From positions 61,571-125,570 of IMG/VR virus record IMGVR_UViG_3300030419_005456: a DNA stretch of 64,000 nt; one strand, 5' to 3'. The stretch comes from a virus. Shown here piece by piece: positions 1-9,255 of this stretch. The translations under genes were made by a program, and so were the position numbers. Each line of letters opens with the position of its first letter. The stretch's first letter is position 1. Below the pieces are notes generated by a model, which worked only from the letters and a program-made list of their open reading frames with translations, made no database searches and was not told the origin of the DNA.

Positions 1-697
1 CTAAAGCTTCTAGTAAATCCTCTATGTGGCAAAAGGGTTTATTTGAACCGGGGTAGCTTCCCAAAACTTCTAGATATGGATTTTCACTACGTAGCTTTCT
101 AATAAAGTCTTTAACTACGCCGTGAGTTAACCCACCACCAACCGTGGCACAAAGTCTGGCAGAAGCCGCCTTAATTCTTCCCATGTTGGCATATGTTTCC
201 AAGATGCTCTCAGAAGCCCTTTTTGTCATCCCGTAAACAGAAGTCGGACGAGTGTTATGCTTTTCTTTGTAGATGAGATTATCTGGAGAACGATCAGAAT
301 TAAATAACCAGTCGCCGTAAACAATTACGGAAGAGGCCAGTACGACCTTACAGCCTTCAGGAGCGTAATGAGCCACTTTTTGGGTGCTAACCATATTATC
401 TAATATGATTTGATGTGGATTTTCCTCGTCTATTTTTACTAAAGGGTTGCTAGCTAAATGAAATATTACTTCTGGCTTATGTTCTTTACACAGATTTTCA
501 AAGTTAAAGTATGTGTACCTAGATTGATCCGTTTCTCCCAAGTCTATGGCGTAATGTCTTTGTTCTACCCTTCTGTCCCTTTTGTTAACTAGTATTGGTC
601 TGCGGGATAGGGTTATGACATCGTGGCCAAGTAGTCTTAGTTTGACAACTAAATGACTACCTATAAAACCTGTTGCACCTGTAACGAGTATTTTCAT
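1..697 (-). CDS. NAD-dependent sugar epimerase/dehydratase (extended SDR), 3' end outside window
   Basis: Manual translation from ATG at 697: MKILVTGATGFIGSHL...VIFHLAS...ASSVIVYG...SVYGMTK (GxxGxxG and YxxxK); start overlaps upstream stop as TAATG. Confidence 0.9.
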   Translation of the reverse strand, partial: MKILVTGATGFIGSHLVVKLRLLGHDVITLSRRPILVNKRDRRVEQRHYAIDLGETDQSRYTYFNFENLCKEHKPEVIFHLASNPLVKIDEENPHQIILDNMVSTQKVAHYAPEGCKVVLASSVIVYGDWLFNSDRSPDNLIYKEKHNTRPTSVYGMTKRASESILETYANMGRIKAASARLCATVGGGLTHGVVKDFIRKLRSENPYLEVLGSYPGSNKPFCHIEDLLEAL

Positions 698-1743
698 TAT
701 TCTCTTATCATGCTATTAAGAAAGTTTATACATTTTTCTGCTTCTTGTGGCATTTCTAGTTCTTCAAAAATTTTGGCAACCCTGTGAAAGTATGTGTGGT
801 TGTTCAAAACACAATCATGGCCACGTTGTATGTAGGGAATTCTCTCTTCGGGGTTATTTATGTAATATTCGATTAGTTTCTCAAATTCTTCCGGCGTTTT
901 TGCAAACACCATTTCGTCATTAGTAAACACATCATTCGCCATAGATTCTACATAGTCTGACACACAGAAACCACCGCTCATTAGTATCTTAAATGGTCTT
1001 TCGATGATGTCGTATCCAAAGTCTTGAGAGTGAGGCTCACTAACATTAGGACAAACAGTAGCCGATCTAAAAACGTGCTTGACATTTTCGTTCTGAATAC
1101 GACCCATATATTGAATAACAGGCCAGTTGGAGCCGCCAAATATTTTGACATTAAACTTCCCTACCGGATGACAAAGCCTAAGCAAGTACTTATCCAAACA
1201 CCGCGCTTTATACGGCCAATAGCCACCAACAAAAGCAACATCAGACTTTAAAAAATCAACCTCTCCGGCTTCGGCATAATCAAACACGTCCGCCCCGTGA
1301 ATGAGAGAGACGGGTTTAATTCCAACCGTTTTCCATCGGTTGTGTGTTTCTTTTAGCCAGTTGTCGTGATAATGGTTGTGAACAAAGTTTGGCTTATCGT
1401 GTTCACGCTTGAGTCTTTCTATCCATACAATTTCTGCTTTATTTGCTGTTAATATTGGATATTTTTCACTGTCTATGTGATTTTGCATATCGCCCCAGTC
1501 AGAAGCTCTCATAACAACTTTTAGATGAGGTCTTTCGGCTATGCAGTTAAATACAGCCCTGTCTACGTTATATGTTTGACCCATAAAGATATCAGGTTCA
1601 AACTCGTCAAAAGCGTCATAGGCAGATTTGCTTTGAATATCCCATATAGCAACTTCATGCCCAATGGCTTGAAAAACTTTAGCCCACCCAAGTCTAATAT
1701 AGTAATGGGCGTGAGGACCGTCGTTGCTGATCATTATTTTCAT
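697..1743 (-). CDS. CgeB-like GT-B glycosyltransferase
   Basis: DVAFVGG, ERPFKILMSGGFCVSD, NHTYFHRV C-terminal motifs of CgeB/Glyco_trans_1_2. Confidence 0.75.
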   Translation of the reverse strand: MKIMISNDGPHAHYYIRLGWAKVFQAIGHEVAIWDIQSKSAYDAFDEFEPDIFMGQTYNVDRAVFNCIAERPHLKVVMRASDWGDMQNHIDSEKYPILTANKAEIVWIERLKREHDKPNFVHNHYHDNWLKETHNRWKTVGIKPVSLIHGADVFDYAEAGEVDFLKSDVAFVGGYWPYKARCLDKYLLRLCHPVGKFNVKIFGGSNWPVIQYMGRIQNENVKHVFRSATVCPNVSEPHSQDFGYDIIERPFKILMSGGFCVSDYVESMANDVFTNDEMVFAKTPEEFEKLIEYYINNPEERIPYIQRGHDCVLNNHTYFHRVAKIFEELEMPQEAEKCINFLNSMIRE

Positions 1744-2456
1744 TGTTCTAAATCTCTAAGAGAGTTTATTTCTCGTATGCTCATACCTTCTGGTTCAAGA
1801 GCTTTGATTTTCGCACCTCTGTTTAGCATTGTGTTAAATAGCTCAAAGGGATACATCTTGTTTCGTTTTCTGTCCAAACATAAACTTTTAAACGTTTCTA
1901 ATTCTTTTCCTTCTAGGTAAATTATCTGCGCCCATTTTGTCTCTAACCCATAAGAAAAGTTAGTTACTACGCCGTCTATTACAGTTACGCCCACGCTTTC
2001 TTCTTTAAATCTACCTTGGGAGTCAACTAGAATACAAGACCCATCCTTTGTGATGTCTTTTATTGACTTGGGGTTGAAAATTAAGTCTCCGTATATAATT
2101 AAAATTCGATCATGTATAGAATTATTAATCGCCAGTCTAAGGCTCTCTACTATGTTGGTTTGATCGTAAAGTTGATTTTCTATAACCCTAGCTTGCTTTG
2201 GTAAAACTTTAATTATTTTATCAGCCTCAAACCCAACGACTGTAATTATTTCAGAAAAGGGAAAAAGGTTTTTTGTATCGTTAATAATTTTTGTAATTAT
2301 AACATCTTCATGATTAAGGGGCAGCAAGCATTTAGGGCCATAGGATTTCATTCTATGGCCCATTCCTGCTGCTGGTATAATTACGGTCAATTCTTTATCT
2401 CTTACCGTTCCAGCACCAGATTTTTTAGCTGACGTTATAAATCTGTTTTTAGACAT
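1740..2456 (-). CDS. NTP-sugar/phosphocholine nucleotidyltransferase (LicC-like)
   Basis: IIPAAGMGHRMKSYGPKCLL, VVGFEAD, YGDL. Confidence 0.8.
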   Translation of the reverse strand: MSKNRFITSAKKSGAGTVRDKELTVIIPAAGMGHRMKSYGPKCLLPLNHEDVIITKIINDTKNLFPFSEIITVVGFEADKIIKVLPKQARVIENQLYDQTNIVESLRLAINNSIHDRILIIYGDLIFNPKSIKDITKDGSCILVDSQGRFKEESVGVTVIDGVVTNFSYGLETKWAQIIYLEGKELETFKSLCLDRKRNKMYPFELFNTMLNRGAKIKALEPEGMSIREINSLRDLEQ

Positions 2457-3234
2457 TTGCCCTGCTGTGAAGTTTGTCTCTGACTCTAGCCCAGTTTTGT
2501 TCCCATACCGACTTGTTAACGACGAAACTGGAATTGTCTCCGGTTATTCTTACCTTCGTAAGAGACTCTGGGACGTGAGCGATGACGTATTTTTCGCTAA
2601 TTCTCATCCATAAGTCATAGTCTTCGCAAGTTCTCATGTTTATGTCATAGAATCCGGTGTCCTCTTGTGTGTCAGACAACGCCTGTTTGCTTATTAAAGA
2701 ACCACTATGAATTATACATTCTTCCAGAAGTCTTCTTCTGCTATACGGCTCTTTAAATTCTCTTATTGTCTTTTTTGTTTCAGTGTGGTATGTGTCATAG
2801 TCTGCATACACCACGCCAATGATTGACATGTCTTGTGACATAACATTAACACAAGCGGAAATTTTGTTCTCGTACATTTCATCGTCGGCATCAAGTATCG
2901 CATATACCTCTGCGTGAGGCCATGTATATCCTATGCCCCAGTTTCTAGCATCGCTGGGTCCGCCGTTTGGTTTTTGTATTACAACATATTTAATATTGCC
3001 GTTTTCACCCATGTTTTCTTGAAAAAACACGCGCTGGTCTTTATAAGTGTCGGAAAGTTCTTTGGTAAAGAAGGTTCTTGCTGTATCCAAAGACTTATCG
3101 GTTGATCCATCGTCGATCACACATATTGTCAATGGGCCTATATAATCTTGCTTAAAAGCACTCTCTATAGACTTGCTTATATACTCTTCGTCGTTATAAC
3201 AGGCTATAAGTACAACGACTGTTGGACTACTCAT
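2449..3234 (-). CDS. Family 2 glycosyltransferase
   Basis: IACYN, VIDDGSTD, NGGPSDARN, LDADD, EDYDLWMR. Confidence 0.92.
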   Translation of the reverse strand: MSSPTVVVLIACYNDEEYISKSIESAFKQDYIGPLTICVIDDGSTDKSLDTARTFFTKELSDTYKDQRVFFQENMGENGNIKYVVIQKPNGGPSDARNWGIGYTWPHAEVYAILDADDEMYENKISACVNVMSQDMSIIGVVYADYDTYHTETKKTIREFKEPYSRRRLLEECIIHSGSLISKQALSDTQEDTGFYDINMRTCEDYDLWMRISEKYVIAHVPESLTKVRITGDNSSFVVNKSVWEQNWARVRDKLHSRANV

Positions 3235-4033
3235 TTTCCATTTGTTCCCATGTACGAACTACGTCCATTCCAGAATCTCCAAAGTCAGAGTCCTTTTGGA
3301 TGGCTTCTATCTTAGATAACAGGGGGTTTGTCTGATTTCCGTTCAAGAACTTATGCATAACGCACTGAACTGTAGTTCCATTAATTCCGTCATCGCCTTT
3401 AATGTATCCTACAGAATCTAACTCATAGTTAACTTTATGGTTAATCAATGTGATAATATCTTTTCTGGGCGTCTTGCCAGCCTTTAGCACAGAATAGTAG
3501 CCATTTTTGAAGTTAGAAAAAACCAAGTCTATGCACTCAAGTTCTGTAAGATCATCATCAAGAATGTTAGACACCTTGAAATCTACATCAAAATCTTCCA
3601 AGCTGTCTTGGGCTTTTTGGATAACGTCGAAGTGAGGTATGGAGGAGTTGTTTGCGATTAATATATGGCTTGGCTCACCATCTATTTCTTTAATCCCATC
3701 AAAGGTTGATTCCAAGTCAGCCAAGGCGGTTTCTTTGTCAAGATCTTTATTTGCACCGTCGCCTAGAATTACAACAAACCCAAGAGGCGTTACCAACTCG
3801 TTATTAACCTGTTCTATGGGGTTTTCGTATTCGCTAGCCCAATCGCTTTCTCTATAGGCGTTACACCAAGCTTCAAGAACATAGAATTCATTTTCTTCCA
3901 AATCTTCGGCTTCGATAATATCAACGCCTTTTGATCTGAACTTTTCTATTCTTCCCAGTTTGCAATCAGTTTGGGTTTTTCCTATATAATTAGCAAAGAC
4001 ACAATCCTTGCAAGCTGTAGTTAGGTCGTTCAC
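3227..4033 (-). CDS. Hypothetical protein with N-terminal Cys cluster and possible degenerate GT-A fold
   Basis: GTG at 4033 with GGAG upstream, overlapping previous stop; CKDC...C...C. Confidence 0.6.
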   Translation of the reverse strand: MNDLTTACKDCVFANYIGKTQTDCKLGRIEKFRSKGVDIIEAEDLEENEFYVLEAWCNAYRESDWASEYENPIEQVNNELVTPLGFVVILGDGANKDLDKETALADLESTFDGIKEIDGEPSHILIANNSSIPHFDVIQKAQDSLEDFDVDFKVSNILDDDLTELECIDLVFSNFKNGYYSVLKAGKTPRKDIITLINHKVNYELDSVGYIKGDDGINGTTVQCVMHKFLNGNQTNPLLSKIEAIQKDSDFGDSGMDVVRTWEQMENE

Positions 4034-4539
4034 GGCCTTTCTCCTTCCACTATCATTTTGAAGCCTTTGATTCTTTGCTTGGTAACTCTGATGCCTTGAG
4101 ATTCTAGAAAGGTTTTTAAGTCTTCCATCGTTGAATGACCCATTTTGACATCCCAAGCTTGACTAAACTCTCCGTGTATTAAAGAGTTAAGTGTTTTTAG
4201 ATCTATTGCTTGTTTATAAAAAAGACGACACACTTCAAGTATGTCGGTTCCACCAACAGTAATTTTTCCACCATGACGTAGTTTTGATATCCAATGAGCC
4301 AAAACATGTCTAGACTCTGACCACTCTAAAAAATCTAAAACATCTATTGCCACCAATTCTTTACACTCGGAATTAGAGACAATATCGTCAATATTTCTTA
4401 TATCGCACTTAACAATGTTTGTTTGTTCTTGATTTGCATTCTCTAGAGAAACAGTTTCGCTTTTTCTCTGCAACGTAGGATCTATATTTACATATCCGCT
4501 TTTGTAGTTTTCGCTACCTATTGCTATATTTACTTTCAT
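4030..4539 (-). CDS. SAM-dependent methyltransferase-like protein (degenerate)
   Basis: VNIAIGS...GYVNID...CDIR...DVLDFL...KLRHGGKI; start reassigned to ATG 4539. Confidence 0.6.
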   Translation of the reverse strand: MKVNIAIGSENYKSGYVNIDPTLQRKSETVSLENANQEQTNIVKCDIRNIDDIVSNSECKELVAIDVLDFLEWSESRHVLAHWISKLRHGGKITVGGTDILEVCRLFYKQAIDLKTLNSLIHGEFSQAWDVKMGHSTMEDLKTFLESQGIRVTKQRIKGFKMIVEGERP

Positions 4540-4540
4540 C

Positions 4541-5557
4541 TTAACCCCTAAAACACATTTTTGCCGCCCTTTGGAACAATGAGTCCCAGTTGCCAACAAA
4601 ATTTTCTTGAGAAAAATTGTCCACTATGGTCTTCCTTGCCGCTTCACCCATCTTCTTTGCTAGATCTTCGTCATTTAACAAATCAACGAGATATTGCTTT
4701 AATTCGGCCTCATCGTTGCTGATAAAACCGTTTACTCCATTTTCTACAATTTCTGGTATCATGCACGTAGATGTAGTAACAACGGCGCATCCACACGACA
4801 TGGCTTCCAGCAGCGCTGTAGGTACAGGCGATATAGTAGAAGTGTTTAGGAATATCCTACTGGACTGATATTCTTTTACCAAATCTTCTGTGCTTTTTGC
4901 TGCTTCTGATAACCCCGGAGTATCGCCAACAACATGAATTGGTAGACCCGAAGAGACCCTTTGCCATATACCAAACCCACAACACCAGTCACGATTAATC
5001 CAATCATTCACAACAGAAAGAATTCTATTTTCTTTTTGTATAGAATTATCTGCATAAAATAGGTTGCTATCTACGCCATGGGTAATTACTATAGTATCAT
5101 TTCTTGACTCCCATTGCCAGTCGTTAATGCTATAGTTTGAAATAAACACATTTACGTCGCCTCTCATGTGTCTTGTTTGAAACTTTACATCTTCGCTCCA
5201 ATAAGGAACTGGCAGAGTATGTTCTAGGCTGACCAAAGGAAGTTGCAGGCTTCTTGATATTGGGTGAGCAACTTGAAACTGGCCAAATTTATTTTGGGAA
5301 AGCACCAAATCAAAGTCTACGTCTAGCGGAAGTTGACCTTCACCTAGCTCTTTGTTTAGAAGATGGTAATTGTCTGGAAGAGGAGCGTGCGTAGTATTCC
5401 AGTCTTTTATGCCTTCTGCTCTGTATGCATAAAAATTGTGTCCTGTTTTAGCTAACGAAGTTTCATACCTCTCATGTGTAGGAAAGGTAAGTATGTTTAA
5501 TGGCTCGTTAAACTTTCTAGTGGCCGCTCTGGTTATAGATGCTACTGGATTAGTCAT
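4541..5557 (-). CDS. Family 4 (GT-B) glycosyltransferase
   Basis: FLNTSTISPVPTALLEAMSCGCAVVTT, ENGVNGF. Confidence 0.9.
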   Translation of the reverse strand: MTNPVASITRAATRKFNEPLNILTFPTHERYETSLAKTGHNFYAYRAEGIKDWNTTHAPLPDNYHLLNKELGEGQLPLDVDFDLVLSQNKFGQFQVAHPISRSLQLPLVSLEHTLPVPYWSEDVKFQTRHMRGDVNVFISNYSINDWQWESRNDTIVITHGVDSNLFYADNSIQKENRILSVVNDWINRDWCCGFGIWQRVSSGLPIHVVGDTPGLSEAAKSTEDLVKEYQSSRIFLNTSTISPVPTALLEAMSCGCAVVTTSTCMIPEIVENGVNGFISNDEAELKQYLVDLLNDEDLAKKMGEAARKTIVDNFSQENFVGNWDSLFQRAAKMCFRG

Positions 5558-6674
5558 TTAATAGCTCTTTGATTCTATTTCCTATGTTTTCGTGAGAATA
5601 CTCGAAGGCTCTCAGCAACCCTTGCTGTCTCATCTTTGAATATTTGGGATCGCTGTCATTGTGCATATCGTACACTCTTCTCATGGCTTGTCGCAGTTCG
5701 TTAATATCAATCGAACACCAATTTTCTTCTGAGGTAAACAAATCTGCAAATGTCTCTGTCATTCCGAATACTGGCTCTTGTCTCCCAGACACCAAGACAC
5801 CAGCATCTCCAACAAAATCAGCCATTCCTCCCACATTTGTACAAATCGGAGTATTTCCAAAGCCCATCGCGTCAAATGCTGGTATACACCAAGCTTCTCC
5901 GTAGCTGGGCATGACAAAACAATTACAGCTTTTATGTAGTCGCAACATGTCATTTTCAGACAAAAAGTCCGAGATGATTAAATCCTCTTTATAATCGTCA
6001 ATAGAGGGATACTTTTTAAGACCTTCTTTAATGGAATTGCATAAGTGTTGAATTTCAAGGGCGCATTGTTCCCCGTCTAATCCCGGCTTAGTGGATTTAA
6101 TCAGAATAGACACGGGTTCGTGCGAATCAAACTCTAAATGAAAAGCCTTTACAAAAGCTTCAAGATTTTTTCTTTTATTTAACTCACCTATAAAATAGAA
6201 TACAAAATTATTCTCTATGTTTGGTATACCTAGTTTTTTATATCCAGACTCAAACTTTGAGAAGTTTGTTGCATGGGGTACAACATTTATTGGTATTGTT
6301 ACCCCGCTGTCTTTAGAAGCTTGAACCATTTGATTATTTATAACCCAAGCTTCATCCATGCAGTTGATTTTTCTGTGCCAATTAGAATTGGTAAAGTTGC
6401 TTGTTTCTGTTGCATATAAAGCTATGTTTTTATCAAACCTACCGTTGTAATCCATCATATGAGGAAGGACGTGCTGTATGCATATATCACTCCCTAAGCT
6501 ATCTTTGCTTTCTAGTTCTAATATTCTTTGGGGAAGATCGGGTTGGTTGTTATTAAGCTTGATAGCTCTAGGAACAACATCAATTCCAGCGGCATCCATT
6601 GACAGAATGTAATCAACGGCTGCCTGTCCCCATCCAGTACCTTCTCTGTAACAACCTATGTATAAGACTTTCAT
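5550..6674 (-). CDS. Family 4 (GT-B) glycosyltransferase
   Basis: RKNLE, FVMPSYGEAWCIPAFDAMGFG, TNVGGMADF. Confidence 0.9.
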   Translation of the reverse strand: MKVLYIGCYREGTGWGQAAVDYILSMDAAGIDVVPRAIKLNNNQPDLPQRILELESKDSLGSDICIQHVLPHMMDYNGRFDKNIALYATETSNFTNSNWHRKINCMDEAWVINNQMVQASKDSGVTIPINVVPHATNFSKFESGYKKLGIPNIENNFVFYFIGELNKRKNLEAFVKAFHLEFDSHEPVSILIKSTKPGLDGEQCALEIQHLCNSIKEGLKKYPSIDDYKEDLIISDFLSENDMLRLHKSCNCFVMPSYGEAWCIPAFDAMGFGNTPICTNVGGMADFVGDAGVLVSGRQEPVFGMTETFADLFTSEENWCSIDINELRQAMRRVYDMHNDSDPKYSKMRQQGLLRAFEYSHENIGNRIKELLND

Positions 6675-8299
6675 TTAATTAATTCTTTTCTTTTCATTTC
6701 CCATGTGTTTCTTCTTTGGCAAAGGTCGGCCATCATTTGATAGGCAATTTCAATATCAAAAGGTTTAAACTCTGGTCTTACAAATTTATAAGAATCTTCA
6801 TTTAAGTACATCTCGCCAGCGCCCTCGATATACATACCATACTGCAAGTCTCTTACCATGCGAGCGTGCATGTAGGTGTTCAACCGCTCTGGTTCTCCAA
6901 GAACATTTACAATTAACCACTCCACATATTCTTTTGGGGGTAAATGACCCGGAACATCTGTAGGCGGATGGTGTATTCTTGGGGGAGATTTCCAAGTCTG
7001 TTCTTCTGGTAGAACTTCTACGCTGTCAAAATATTCTTGCCATTTTTGTGCGGTTTGATCGTAGGAATAGTGTTTCTTAAAGTTGTTGTATACTTTTTCT
7101 CCAAACTTTTGTCTTTCTGCTTCAGGAAGTTCAAAGAATTCTTTTATTGCATTGGCTGTATAGTCATTGTCTGGAATAGCTCTGTTACAGCCTGTCTCCA
7201 ATTCGTTGTATAGAGCTTTAACTTTTAGGGGTATCCCCCCAAGTTTTCTGACTACGCTGCTCATAGCAGAATAGTCCACACTCATTACGGGTACGGCACA
7301 CGCGGCAGCTTCCACTTGTGGTAAACCAAAGCCTTCACTGTTGGCGTATTGTATGTAAAGATCAAAGGTGTTCATTATGCTAGAAAGAAATTCGTAGCTA
7401 ACGCCATTCTTGACGCTGGCTAGACCTGCTGAATTACCACCGCATCTTGAACATTTTGTACGAGCGTCGGCAAAGAAGGACGGAAAGGCATGACCACAAT
7501 CAGCACATACGTATGTAAAAATAACCTTGCTTGATAGTCCGTATTGATTAATAAGTTTGGGGATGTCCCAACCCAAGTCTGGATAACTAGTGTGGCAATA
7601 CAGGTAAACGTCTTGTCTACCACTTTGATCTATAAACTTTCTAAAAGAGTCGAATAGATCTGGAAACAGTTTGCGCCTTTGGTTACGCATGACCGTTCCA
7701 ACTATACTTATGTCCGAATCAAGACCCAAGCTTTCTTTGTGAGCCTTTTTATCTTCTACGGGTTGATAGGCAGCATCTGCTGATGGTGGAGCAGATCCCA
7801 AGCAATTAATCTTTCCGTTGGATTCTTTTTTGAGAATTTCGTATCCCCAGTCAGAATAATTAAAAACACCATTAGCATTAGAATAAGTGGCTACCCATTG
7901 TTCGTTTTGAGGGGCGGCATCAACTGTAGGCATAATAGCCCAGTTAAAAAACTGCCTGAAAGGAGATCTTTCTTGATATTCAAGCATCCAGAAATCTCGA
8001 ATGTCAAAAACAATGTCTGGCCTAAATTCCAGCAAGGCTTCCTCAAATCGCCACTCGCCAAACTGGTTAGTCAGCTTTGAGTTGTACTCATCGACCTCCT
8101 GTTTATTTGTAGTGTCTGGCATGTTAGAATAAAAAGTCCAAGGAGCATTATTTTCGTGATGTTCGCCATAACTAGCAAACTCAGCTAATTCATATTTGCC
8201 GGATTCATAAAGTCTTTTCATTACCTCTCTACCATAAGTGGCATAACCGGTGTTTAGGTAAGTTGCTTCGCCGCAAAATAGTATTCGTTTTTTTCTCAT
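6671..8299 (-). CDS. Family 4 glycosyltransferase with zinc-ribbon insertion
   Basis: NQRRK, SEGFGLPQVEAAAC; inserted CADC-x14-CSRC. Confidence 0.85.
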   Translation of the reverse strand: MRKKRILFCGEATYLNTGYATYGREVMKRLYESGKYELAEFASYGEHHENNAPWTFYSNMPDTTNKQEVDEYNSKLTNQFGEWRFEEALLEFRPDIVFDIRDFWMLEYQERSPFRQFFNWAIMPTVDAAPQNEQWVATYSNANGVFNYSDWGYEILKKESNGKINCLGSAPPSADAAYQPVEDKKAHKESLGLDSDISIVGTVMRNQRRKLFPDLFDSFRKFIDQSGRQDVYLYCHTSYPDLGWDIPKLINQYGLSSKVIFTYVCADCGHAFPSFFADARTKCSRCGGNSAGLASVKNGVSYEFLSSIMNTFDLYIQYANSEGFGLPQVEAAACAVPVMSVDYSAMSSVVRKLGGIPLKVKALYNELETGCNRAIPDNDYTANAIKEFFELPEAERQKFGEKVYNNFKKHYSYDQTAQKWQEYFDSVEVLPEEQTWKSPPRIHHPPTDVPGHLPPKEYVEWLIVNVLGEPERLNTYMHARMVRDLQYGMYIEGAGEMYLNEDSYKFVRPEFKPFDIEIAYQMMADLCQRRNTWEMKRKELIK

Positions 8300-8802
8300 T
8301 AGATATTAGCGTCTCTTAAAATTTCAATAATATCTCGTATTTTACTAGTTAGTTCTGCTTTGGTGCATGACAGGTATTCACAAATTTCTGCATTTGTAAA
8401 ATTAGATAGTTTCAGCTTCAGTATAAATTTCTGTTCGCTTGTTAGGTAGTCGGGTTCAATCTCAAAAAACGACCGCTTGTCTATAAAGTGCTTGCTAGCA
8501 GACTTCATAAGCTCGTTGTTGTAGAACAGCCTTAGTTTTTTACTGCTCTTCTCTTTTCTTTTTAAAGAAAGTATCTCATTTCTTATACAAACAGATGCGA
8601 ACGTTGAAAACTTCGCTTTGCTTTCGTCATGATTGCGTACAGCTTTTAGCAACCCTATCAATCCCACCTGCACGTAGTCTTCTATAACGCTATTGTCATC
8701 TAAAAAAGAAAGAGCTTGAGAAACAACTAATCCATAATGTTCACGAACCAGTCGATCCTCAAGCTCTTCTTTTTGTTTGCTTGAATCTATCTCATTTTTC
8801 AT
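8299..8802 (-). CDS. RNA polymerase sigma-70-family factor (regions 2 and 4)
   Basis: EDYVQVGLIGLLKAV...KFSTFASVCIRNEI; C-terminal HTH. Confidence 0.88.
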   Translation of the reverse strand: MKNEIDSSKQKEELEDRLVREHYGLVVSQALSFLDDNSVIEDYVQVGLIGLLKAVRNHDESKAKFSTFASVCIRNEILSLKRKEKSSKKLRLFYNNELMKSASKHFIDKRSFFEIEPDYLTSEQKFILKLKLSNFTNAEICEYLSCTKAELTSKIRDIIEILRDANI

Positions 8803-9175
8803 TTAGGACTGCTTGTTGTTTCTCTTCAACTTTATAACCCGTAGGCTCATTGTTGAAGAGTTTGAATTCTTTGACACGAAAACGGGTCTGAAGTCTTTTC
8901 TTTCCGTCTTTGTCTGTCCAAGATTTATTCTTAGCGGAGGTTACAACATCCACGATGTCCCCCTTCTTACAATGGTTTCCCAATGTAACAGCGCCAGAAT
9001 CCCAAGCCTCAAAATCGAAATAGTTTACCGTCTTCTTTTTGTCTCCACCCTTTTCTTTGCGGTATTCATTAATGGCCAGCGTAAATGTAACAAGCTGTGT
9101 GTTATCCAGATTGACCAATTTAGGGTCCGCAGTTAAACGGCCAATAAAGCGACAGTAATTTGAAATTGAATTCAT
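8792..9175 (-). CDS. ssb: Single-stranded DNA-binding protein
   Basis: FIGRLTADP, FTLAIN, FDFEAW, SWTDKDGKKR; ATG 9175 with GAGGGAG RBS. Confidence 0.9.
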   Translation of the reverse strand: MNSISNYCRFIGRLTADPKLVNLDNTQLVTFTLAINEYRKEKGGDKKKTVNYFDFEAWDSGAVTLGNHCKKGDIVDVVTSAKNKSWTDKDGKKRLQTRFRVKEFKLFNNEPTGYKVEEKQQAVLNEK

Positions 9176-9223
9176 AGCTCCCTCGTCATTCAAGTGTTGG
9201 TAAAACAAATCCCTTTCATCCTT

Positions 9224-9252
9224 AATATACCGATCTTAGAAGAATTTTACAA
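9224..9252 (-). promoter_or_regulatory. Putative sigma70-type promoter for ssb/sigma/glycan operon
   Basis: TTGTAA-17 nt-TATATT in intergenic gap. Confidence 0.5.
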
Positions 9253-9255
9253 CAA

